In this document: positions 28,032 to 35,503 of the stretch, piece by piece
Layout: each line of letters starts with the position of its first letter
Numbering within the stretch: position 1 is the first letter of the stretch
Virus record (IMG/VR): IMGVR_UViG_3300045988_184160
Location: 64,001 to 128,000 of that record
Source: a virus
Direction: 5' to 3' (one strand)
DNA: 64,000 nt
Notes under the pieces: model-generated
Told to the model about the DNA's origin: nothing
The model's database searches: none
The model's input: only the letters and a program-made list of their open reading frames with translations
Position numbers and translations under genes: made by a program

Positions 28032-29020
28032 TGGGTGAGTACTCAGAGATAGTTGACGAAAACATTGACCTGCAACCCACAGCAGGCAGTGAGGACGCGC
28101 CACCAAGTAAGACAAGAATAAAATCTTGCATCCTCCCACCAGAGGAAGAAGTGCACCTCACTGAGCACCCCTACAATCAGCTCGCAGTGCAGGAGCTCTA
28201 CACCACTGTTGTCCTCCCAGGTATCCATGATAGGATGCGCGGCGCTAAATCAGGTGACCTTGCGCTTGTCCGCATGAAAAACGTGTCAGATGAGCCTATT
28301 ACCGTGCTTAACCCCAAGAACTATGTGGAGGGTGAGAAAGCTTCAACTCTCGGGAAATGGGAGCTGCAGGAGGTGATGCGTGAACTCGTGGGGGAGGAGG
28401 ATGCACAGAAAATCTCGTCGCTGCGGGTGTTGCGGGACTCGAAAACCCGTGTCCATGAGGTGGTGGAACCAGGGGCGGAAGTTGTCATGTCCAAATTCGC
28501 TATGGCCGTGTCCCTGTTCGTCTACTCTCGGATGACCGCAACCTACGGTGGGCATATTGCGGCAGACAACCGTAGCACGTTAGCGGAAGGGTCACGGTTC
28601 TGCGTGAAATTCACCCAGTCAGGTGCCGCTAAACCCAACAAGCGTGAAGAGGATGCCCCGAACTTCCTGAACAGCAGCATCGACTCGTCTGCTTTCTGGG
28701 TGGGGCGGTCAATGGGGCAAAGGTATAAGACGATTCATAACGGGGGGATGGTGGATGTGTCACTCAACGCTAAAGACCACTCACTGGAAATGACGTGGCT
28801 AGCGTTCAACGCCTCACCAGATACCCCGTACAAGTACACGCGGCATAAAGAGAACGTGAAATGGGTGGATGTGGCTTACGACTACGGGCTTGTTGATCGT
28901 TTCACTCACTTCTACGCTGGGGCGGGTGCGGCAGTGAAAAAAACTGTGCAACATACACGCACCTCCGTGATGGAAACAAAAGTGCACCCCGACTACTGGG
29001 GGCTAAGTGACGCCTTCTAA
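28031..29020 (+). CDS. hypothetical protein
   Basis: 329-aa ORF with a GTG start overlapping the previous stop by 1 nt. Confidence 0.65.
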   Translation: MGEYSEIVDENIDLQPTAGSEDAPPSKTRIKSCILPPEEEVHLTEHPYNQLAVQELYTTVVLPGIHDRMRGAKSGDLALVRMKNVSDEPITVLNPKNYVEGEKASTLGKWELQEVMRELVGEEDAQKISSLRVLRDSKTRVHEVVEPGAEVVMSKFAMAVSLFVYSRMTATYGGHIAADNRSTLAEGSRFCVKFTQSGAAKPNKREEDAPNFLNSSIDSSAFWVGRSMGQRYKTIHNGGMVDVSLNAKDHSLEMTWLAFNASPDTPYKYTRHKENVKWVDVAYDYGLVDRFTHFYAGAGAAVKKTVQHTRTSVMETKVHPDYWGLSDAF

Positions 29021-29088
29021 GAGGAAACCCTAATGGGGGCTGTTATGAACACAAATATTCGTCATATGAATGTGGTGGAGGGGAATCT

Positions 29089-30036
29089 ATGGAACCACAA
29101 ACAAAAACCGTTCCTTCTAACTCAGGTAAACGCCTGATACCTAAAATCAGTGCCGCTGGTGCTGGTGTAGCCCTAGTCCTCGGCGGGCTCATGGGGTCTG
29201 GGGTGGTCACCCCCGTTGTCTCACCTGACGGTGGCGGGGTCACTATCGGGCAGTCCGCTCACGCCGCAACGAACACTGACCCACTGGGTGGGTCTTCACG
29301 GCAGAAACCGTCCCCGAGCGAATCCAGTAAAACCAGCACCCCTAAAGATGACGAATCATCATCCGATGAGGGGCGTATTGACGTTGGTACAGCTGAATCT
29401 AGGAAGACTAAGAGTAGTAAGGATTTGAACGGGGCGACCCCCACTGTTGACCTGAATAAGGCTAAGCACACCACCTTGGGGCATATCCTCACAGATATTT
29501 TCAACTTTCTTGCCCCGTTAATGATCCTCTACATCCTTATCAGGTTGCCCCTGCAGATACTAGCTGACCTGATATACATACTGTTCCCTGATACTAGGCC
29601 GACACTGGCTGACCCGAACGAGGATGGGCAGGGCGCGAACCTCGCAAACGCTGGTCCTTCGTCAAGGAAACGCGCGTTCCTTGACCGGCAGTGGGTTAGT
29701 GACACCGCTGTTGACCTAGTGAAGAAATTCGGTGGCTCAACTCAGGCACTCAACCAGATGGGTGGTGGCGGACGCGGCTACGGCATGGGTAACCGAGGAG
29801 CCTTCGGTGGCTCATTCGGTGGGCAAAGCTATTCACAAGCCGCTCAACCTGACTACACGGCTGACGATAACGGCTCAGTTTCGATCCTCAAGGAATACAT
29901 CAAACGCATGACTGTTGTTTGCATCATGGTTGGTGCTTTCCTTGTTGTCCTGTCAAGCGCTGTGATTTTCAAGTTCGGGTACTACCTTGGTGATTTCATC
30001 GTCTTCGGATTCGGGAAGATCACTAATTCTTTCTAG
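29089..30036 (+). CDS. secreted/membrane protein, paralog family member A
   Basis: 315 aa. N-terminal hydrophobic signal-like segment (AAGAGVALVLGGLMGSGVV). The C-half holds a hydrophobic hairpin ending LQILADLIYILFP, the motif RQWVSDTAVDLVKK, a Gly-rich tract and a final TM helix. Confidence 0.65.
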   Translation: MEPQTKTVPSNSGKRLIPKISAAGAGVALVLGGLMGSGVVTPVVSPDGGGVTIGQSAHAATNTDPLGGSSRQKPSPSESSKTSTPKDDESSSDEGRIDVGTAESRKTKSSKDLNGATPTVDLNKAKHTTLGHILTDIFNFLAPLMILYILIRLPLQILADLIYILFPDTRPTLADPNEDGQGANLANAGPSSRKRAFLDRQWVSDTAVDLVKKFGGSTQALNQMGGGGRGYGMGNRGAFGGSFGGQSYSQAAQPDYTADDNGSVSILKEYIKRMTVVCIMVGAFLVVLSSAVIFKFGYYLGDFIVFGFGKITNSF

Positions 30037-30072
30037 GGATAAACCGGTAACACTCAACTTAAGTAATTAACT

Positions 30073-30109
30073 GGGTTGGGCAGGTGAAAAAAGAGAACCT
30101 GCCCAACCC
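30073..30109 (+). terminator. strong hairpin without U-tract (possible terminator)
   Basis: gggttgggcagg ... cctgcccaaccc is a perfect 12-bp stem 37 nt after the stop. It is followed by gcacccaaaaa, not a T-run. Confidence 0.45.
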
Positions 30110-30153
30110 GCACCCAAAAATAAAATACGCAACATCACAAGAAAAGAGAAGAG

Positions 30154-30534
30154 GTGGACATGAGTAGCAATAAAAACAAAATCCCGTCATTTAAAGAATT
30201 TTTCAGACTCGTATCAGGCAGAGGTAAACAGCAGGCGGCACAAGGTGACCGCACACAGGGGCGGATCACTGAAATGGCGTCAACAGGGGTGAAATACCTA
30301 GACCAGGCATTCCGTGAAGCAGAGGAAAACAATCAAGAAGCACACAGGGTCTTCTTCCAATATGACCCGCAGGACATGCATCTTGCCACGGAAATAAACG
30401 CGAAAATTGAGGAGTTCTCTGAGGGTAAGTACGAAATAACCCGAGAAAACCTTGACGAACTCAACAACATACCAGGCGTCTACTCGGCGACGAAACGTAA
30501 AGGAATGGCAAGCAGAAGACGGAAAATCAGGTAG
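30154..30534 (+). CDS. hypothetical protein
   Basis: 126-aa ORF with no motif. Confidence 0.55.
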   Translation: MDMSSNKNKIPSFKEFFRLVSGRGKQQAAQGDRTQGRITEMASTGVKYLDQAFREAEENNQEAHRVFFQYDPQDMHLATEINAKIEEFSEGKYEITRENLDELNNIPGVYSATKRKGMASRRRKIR

Positions 30535-30542
30535 GCACCAGA

Positions 30543-31094
30543 ATGAAAGTAAAACCAGGAAAACCACAAAAAACCGCCCGTGTGGGCAGAACCATAGCGC
30601 CCACACGACAAGACACGCGCCTCAGTCAAAGTGACTATGTGCAGTACCTCTCACAGAAACTAGGTATCCACAAGACACGTGTCAAAAACATACTTGACAG
30701 CTACCATGCCGTAGCCATGCGGGATATCCAAGAATACCAACAAGTGTACGTCTACAAAGACATCCTAGCCACCAACAAAAACGCCAACCCAGACAACAGT
30801 GGTGTGCTCAGCAGAACCTTCGCAGCGCAATGCGGTGACGCAGCCGCTAAGGCAGGCGTACTCGGGTCTGAAGCTAACCGTGTCGTCTCAGCCTACGTGG
30901 AAACCATCACTAAACAAGCATCCAGTGAGACAGGTGCGTGCGTTTTCAAAACATTCAACCTCAAAAAACAAGGGGGACAATACAGCATCAGCAAAACACC
31001 GCATATTGACCTCCCCAACAAAGGCAACGGAGTGGTGTTCTCCGCGAAAACCCTCAACAGCCGCGCAAGACACACAGGTCAGGGCAAGAGGTAG
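30543..31094 (+). CDS. hypothetical basic protein
   Basis: 183-aa ORF, basic at both ends. Only a vague resemblance to HU/IHF-type proteins, so not called. Confidence 0.55.
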   Translation: MKVKPGKPQKTARVGRTIAPTRQDTRLSQSDYVQYLSQKLGIHKTRVKNILDSYHAVAMRDIQEYQQVYVYKDILATNKNANPDNSGVLSRTFAAQCGDAAAKAGVLGSEANRVVSAYVETITKQASSETGACVFKTFNLKKQGGQYSISKTPHIDLPNKGNGVVFSAKTLNSRARHTGQGKR

Positions 31095-31097
31095 GCT

Positions 31098-31919
31098 GTG
31101 GAAGGGAAAACTCACGTCATCGGCGGTATCAGTGCCGCACTCACAGGCACCCTGCTCTCCCAGAACGGTGTGACCGTCACACCACTGTGGGGTGGTGAAG
31201 GCATGTCACACACACTTACCGCTTTCGAGTACACGACAGCCTGCTTCACGGTGCTCGTATCAACCTACGTTTTCTCGATGGTGGGCGCAAAAATCCCAGA
31301 CCAAGACCATAACGCGCGGGCGATGCCGTACAGGGACCCGTTGGGGAAGCTCGTGTGGAGAGCCCTTCACCCTGGGAGCATGATACCCGCGCTCAAGAGG
31401 TTTGATGCGAAACACCGGTCATGGCAGACCCACAGCGACCTCACCCTGCTCGTGCTACTGGGGGCGAACATTGCGTTGTATTCGGGTCTGCTGCCGATAC
31501 CCGCGAACTCCCCCATTGGTGGGATATGGTCAATTATTTTCCTTGGGTTATCGCTCGGGGTTTTCTCACACTTGTTCCTTGACGCTATCACCAAGGAAGG
31601 TGTGTGGCTGGTGGTTTTCGGTGTTATCCCAAACAAGATATTCAGGGCGCGGGTGTTTCCTGAAAAGTTTCGGCTTGTCCCTAAAAGATCGAAATACTTC
31701 AAAACCGGTTCAGGGAAGAAAACCAGTAACGGTGTGGAAGGTAAAGACCATAAAGGCAGGACATGGGAAGACCTTGTTAACTCCCGCCTGTCGTTCTACA
31801 ACAACCTTGTGCTTGCCCTCATCATCTGCTCATGGGCTGTTTACCTGCTCACAGGGGAGAACCTGATTAACGGGGTCACAAAAATTTTGGCAGTAATGCG
31901 GGGGGAGGCTGTTCTATGA
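31098..31919 (+). CDS. YdjM-family (DUF457) membrane-bound metal-dependent hydrolase
   Basis: 273 aa with a GTG start. KTHVIGG, IPDQDH, HRSWQTHS and SHLFLDAITKEGVWL parallel the E. coli YdjM landmarks GH, PDIDH, HRGFTHS and SHILADMLTPAGVPL. Several TM helices. Confidence 0.65.
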   Translation: MEGKTHVIGGISAALTGTLLSQNGVTVTPLWGGEGMSHTLTAFEYTTACFTVLVSTYVFSMVGAKIPDQDHNARAMPYRDPLGKLVWRALHPGSMIPALKRFDAKHRSWQTHSDLTLLVLLGANIALYSGLLPIPANSPIGGIWSIIFLGLSLGVFSHLFLDAITKEGVWLVVFGVIPNKIFRARVFPEKFRLVPKRSKYFKTGSGKKTSNGVEGKDHKGRTWEDLVNSRLSFYNNLVLALIICSWAVYLLTGENLINGVTKILAVMRGEAVL

Positions 31920-32048
31920 GGTGCGTGAATTTCGCGCGACCACCCTAAGGGGAAAAGTTTAAGAGTTAAGTAAATAGTATCCGTGGTATAAGGCGCGGGT
32001 GGTGTTTACTCAGAATAAGCAACCTTTCATGAGGAGAAATATAGGAAA

Positions 32049-32909
32049 ATGGTTAAACAAATATACAAACTAGTGGCAGGCTTCATGCTTGGCATTATCC
32101 TCGTGTTCGCGGGTGGTGCAGCCGCCAACGCTTACACTCAAGAGGATGCACAGAGCGTCGCAGCGCTGTCTTCAAGCGTGTACGAGCAGGTTTCCGCCAA
32201 CAAGTACGAGGCTGCTGGTGGCGGAACTAAGAGCTCCATGATCGCTGGTTCCCGCCTTTTCACTAAGGACGAAGAGACCGGCGTGTACAAAGTGAACGAA
32301 AAAGAGTTCGCTCGCCTGTCCACCAACGGTAAGAACAAGGTCGCTGACGACGTTATCAAAGCAACCAACGAAACCGTAGCCAACGAAGAGGGTAACGAAA
32401 CCAGCCTCATCGACCAGTCCGCTAAAGACAACTGGTTCAAAGACCTGTCCAAGTCCAAGGGCCTCGGTTCACGTCTGATCAACGACACCACCTCCGAGTG
32501 GGTCCCAGACTTCGCTGCTGGTAAGCGTATCCTCGCGCCCCTGACCGGTATCATCTCAACCCTCATGGGCTTGGGTGCGATCCTGATCATGTCCCTCCTG
32601 GGTCTGCAGGTTGTTGCTGAGGTCCTGTTCATCACCATCCCCTCAACCCGTGGGTTCTTCGGTGGTGTCGATACAGGTGTCCTGAACGGTGGGGACAAGA
32701 AGGTCATCTACCAAGGCTTCGTGTCCGGTGCCGCACGTAAGGCTGTTGAGAAAGCTGACAGCAACGACGGTAAGGCGCTCGCTATCTGGGCTGGTAACAC
32801 CTTCATTAAGCTACTGGCTCTAGCTATCGTCCTCGTGTTCTTCATCAACGGTGAGATCCTGCCGTTCATCGGTGGTCTGACTGACTGGGTACACGCCCTG
32901 TTTGTCTAA
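32049..32909 (+). CDS. secreted/membrane protein, paralog family member B
   Basis: 286 aa with signal peptide LVAGFMLGIILVFAGGAAANA. The C-half holds a hydrophobic hairpin ending LQVVAEVLFITIP, the motif QGFVSGAARKAVEK and a final TM helix. Confidence 0.7.
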   Translation: MVKQIYKLVAGFMLGIILVFAGGAAANAYTQEDAQSVAALSSSVYEQVSANKYEAAGGGTKSSMIAGSRLFTKDEETGVYKVNEKEFARLSTNGKNKVADDVIKATNETVANEEGNETSLIDQSAKDNWFKDLSKSKGLGSRLINDTTSEWVPDFAAGKRILAPLTGIISTLMGLGAILIMSLLGLQVVAEVLFITIPSTRGFFGGVDTGVLNGGDKKVIYQGFVSGAARKAVEKADSNDGKALAIWAGNTFIKLLALAIVLVFFINGEILPFIGGLTDWVHALFV

Positions 32910-32958
32910 AACCGGCACCTCGGGTGCTGTAACCTGAGGGAAGAATACCTGATGTGAA

Positions 32959-33014
32959 GGGGTGAGCACACGAAACTAGCAGGGGAAAATGTTACCCCGT
33001 TCGTGTGCTCCCCC
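32959..33014 (+). terminator. long hairpin, probable terminator
   Basis: ggggtgagcacacgaa ... ttcgtgtgctcccc stem with a nested smaller hairpin, 50 nt after the stop. Confidence 0.5.
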
Positions 33015-33221
33015 TTCCTAAGGGTTTATCTAGTTTACTGAGAAGACTCCGTCCTTTAGGGGGGGGGTGAATCAGGTGCTAGTCCGGTCCTGGGTCTTCA
33101 CATGCTCAGTAATCACATTCAATGGGGCACCAGCAGCAGAACTGGAATAATAAGGCCGTGACCACAGATGCCCACCCCATATCGGTATTATTTTCCGTGA
33201 CACCAAGTATATAATAGAGGT

Positions 33222-34454
33222 ATGAGCATCAAACGTTATCGTTACCGCGCCTACCCTAGGAAAAGGCAAGAACAGCTGATTGCTGCCCTGTTCGGGTGTG
33301 TGCGTGTGGTCTATAATGATGCTTTAGCCTACTCGGAAGAACAGTACCGCCAGACGAAAAAGAAGCCTTCCAGTAAAGAGCTTTCTGCTCGGCTCACTCA
33401 CCTGAAACAGACCCCTGAAAAAGCGTGGCTGAAAGACGTTTCCGCTGTACCCTTACAGCAGTCCTTACGGGATCTGGGTAGGGCGTACACTAACTTTTTC
33501 ACCTCCGTTACAGGTAAGCGTAAAGGGGGTAGGGTTGGTGCCCCACGGTTCAGGAAACGCTCATCTCGGCAAGCTGCTAGGTTCACGTCCCAAGCATTCA
33601 AGGTTAGACAAACCACCCACGGGGTAGGTTTCGTGAAACTGCCTAAGATCGGTGAAATCCGCTTCAGCCTCTCACGTACCCTACCCTCACCCCCAACCTC
33701 CGTGACCCTGATCCAGGAGGCGGATGGTAGGTATTATGTGTCTTTCGTTGTTGAAACCACCCCCACCCCAGCCCCGAAGCCTACCGCCTACGCGGTAGGC
33801 GTGGATATGGGCTTGAAGAACCTAGCTATCGCGGTGAACAGTAACGGGGGAAGCACCGTCTTCGCTAACACTAGACCCCTGAAACAAGCCGAGAAGAAAC
33901 TAGTCCGGTTACAGAAACAACTCTCGAAAAAGAAAAAAGGCAGTAACCGTTACACCAGACAACGACTCAGGGTAGCTAAAGCCCACACGAAAGTCCGAAA
34001 CACGCGAACCCATTACCTGCACCATGTAGCGAACCAGATTGTTAACGAAAACCAAGTTATCACCCTGGAAACCCTCTCAATCACGGGCCTCGCTAGAACC
34101 TGGCTGGGTAAGAGCGTGTTGGACGCTAGCTGGGGGCACCTCAACCAGCTGATTGAAGAGAAAGTAGCCGAACATGGTAGAACCCTTATCCGCGTGGATA
34201 GGTTCGCACCCACTACCCAGCTCTGCTCGATCTGCGGGGCACCTAACGGCAGGAAACCGTTGAATATCCGCGCATGGGTCTGCACTGGGTGCCAGTCCCA
34301 TGTGGACAGGGACTTGAACGCGGCGGTTAATATACTACTCGCGGCAGGGCTTGCCGAGAGTCTAAACGAACACTGCGGAGATAATGTAAGACGTTTGCTA
34401 GCAAACGCTGTTATTGTTGATGCTGTTCACCCACCGAGAGCAGCTACGTTCTAG
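33222..34454 (+). CDS. tnpB: TnpB (IS605 OrfB-type RNA-guided endonuclease)
   Basis: 410 aa with N-terminal KRYRYRAYP. RuvC residues sit in GVDMGLKNLA (D), VITLETLS (E) and VDRDLNAAVNI (D). Zn finger CSICG...CTGC. Apparently intact. Confidence 0.9.
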   Translation: MSIKRYRYRAYPRKRQEQLIAALFGCVRVVYNDALAYSEEQYRQTKKKPSSKELSARLTHLKQTPEKAWLKDVSAVPLQQSLRDLGRAYTNFFTSVTGKRKGGRVGAPRFRKRSSRQAARFTSQAFKVRQTTHGVGFVKLPKIGEIRFSLSRTLPSPPTSVTLIQEADGRYYVSFVVETTPTPAPKPTAYAVGVDMGLKNLAIAVNSNGGSTVFANTRPLKQAEKKLVRLQKQLSKKKKGSNRYTRQRLRVAKAHTKVRNTRTHYLHHVANQIVNENQVITLETLSITGLARTWLGKSVLDASWGHLNQLIEEKVAEHGRTLIRVDRFAPTTQLCSICGAPNGRKPLNIRAWVCTGCQSHVDRDLNAAVNILLAAGLAESLNEHCGDNVRRLLANAVIVDAVHPPRAATF

Positions 34455-34507
34455 TGAACGTGGCTACTAGTAGGAATCTCCGTATTTCAAGACGGAGAGG
34501 AAGTCAA
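34300..34507 (+). ncRNA. predicted TnpB guide-RNA (omega/reRNA) scaffold region
   Basis: In characterised TnpB elements the guide RNA spans the tnpB 3' end to the right end. Here the region after the stop holds a hairpin (ctccgtatttcaagacggag) and a terminal gaggaagtcaa conserved in copy 2. The 5' limit is a guess. Confidence 0.35.
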
Positions 34508-35497
34508 ATGGAGAACAACACTCGGAAAGAGCTTGCGGGGAGGATATGGAGGAAAACTGTGGCGACCACCCCAATACGCAAAATAGTTGCAGCACTGATG
34601 CTCGCCTTCGGTCTTCTGGTCCCCGTGTCCTTGACCGCAGCATCATCAGCTTACGCAGCTGAAACGCCAGCTAGAACAGCGGTTCTAGCGGAAGACTATA
34701 ACGACCCAGCCCCCAATGACACATCCAGCGGGCAGGGCGGTAATGAAAAGATTAAAGGCACCAAAGCCAAATCCACTGTATCTATAGCTAAAGACAACGG
34801 CGACCTGCAGAGCGTCGTTGACTCAATCAACAAGGCATCAAAGAAAGACTGGCTGGAATACGACCCTGCGCAAGGGTACGTCACCTTCGATAGTCAGAGC
34901 TTCAACAGGCTCGACGTTAAATCCCGCAACAACTACATGGAGACAGCGGTGAGCGCGGTGCGCACATCCTCACTGTCAAGCATGTTTAAAAATAAGTTCT
35001 ATGGTTTCCTGAAAGGGCAGGACAGTAGCGCCTACGAAGCGGCCATGCGTGTTCAACGAAACACCTCTGTCGATATTGAGCAGGGCATGAACATGCTGAG
35101 AGGGTTCGGGGTTATCTCGGTTGTGAGCGTGATCCTCGGTCTTCTCGTGATCTTCATCTGGATCGGTGTCGTGTGGGTTACCTTGTGCGACGTTGCGGTT
35201 CTCCTCCTCCCCGTCCTACGGTGGGGCTGGCTCAACCCTGTAGCAGCAGACGGCGGGTACAAGCGCGGGTTCGTGAGCCACAGCGCGTATAAGGCTATTA
35301 AGAAAACTGAGATTGACGGGTCAACAGACCAGCCGGAGCTTTACATTTATTTCAAAGACCGACTCGTATTCGTGGCTTTCGCACTATTCACTACAGTACT
35401 GCTGGTGAGCGGCGACATCCATATGATATTCGCAATACTAGCGGACATGGTTTCACCGCTTATTGATTCCGTTGTTTCGGGTTTTAAGAGGTCTTGA
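34508..35497 (+). CDS. secreted/membrane protein, paralog family member C
   Basis: ATG at 34508 immediately after the IS right end; the track start at 34454 lies inside the IS. Signal peptide IVAALMLAFGLLVPVSLTAASSAYA. The C-half holds a hydrophobic hairpin (VWVTLCDVAVLLLPV), the motif RGFVSHSAYKAIKK and final TM helices. Confidence 0.7.
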   Translation: MENNTRKELAGRIWRKTVATTPIRKIVAALMLAFGLLVPVSLTAASSAYAAETPARTAVLAEDYNDPAPNDTSSGQGGNEKIKGTKAKSTVSIAKDNGDLQSVVDSINKASKKDWLEYDPAQGYVTFDSQSFNRLDVKSRNNYMETAVSAVRTSSLSSMFKNKFYGFLKGQDSSAYEAAMRVQRNTSVDIEQGMNMLRGFGVISVVSVILGLLVIFIWIGVVWVTLCDVAVLLLPVLRWGWLNPVAADGGYKRGFVSHSAYKAIKKTEIDGSTDQPELYIYFKDRLVFVAFALFTTVLLVSGDIHMIFAILADMVSPLIDSVVSGFKRS

Positions 35498-35503
35498 AAG
35501 TTC

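Larger units (their letters stand above)
33025..34507 (+). mobile_element. IS200/IS605-family TnpB-only element, copy 1 (no tnpA)
   Basis: Homology with the inverted copy at 44227-45641 begins near tttatctagtt (33025) and ends exactly at gaggaagtcaa (34507). The right end finishes in TCAA, as in IS608-type elements. There is a subterminal hairpin ctccgt/acggag. No Y1 transposase ORF is present. Confidence 0.75.

Noticed and set aside
15764-29020. Prophage interpretation (dut, ssb, many ORFans, one strand).
   Set aside because: No terminase, portal, capsid, tail, lysin/holin or integrase signature could be recognised, and the flanking DNA encodes a T4SS. A conjugative element explains the content better.
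30543-31094. HU/IHF-like DNA-binding protein.
   Set aside because: There is only a loose resemblance in one helix (SDYVQYLSQKLGIHKTRVKNILDSY). The beta-arm signature (R-N-P-x-T) is absent.
33059-33067. G9 homopolymer in the left end of TnpB copy 1, as a phase-variation tract.
   Set aside because: The tract is non-coding and copy 2 has gggtggatc at the same place. There is no evidence of length variation from a single sequence.
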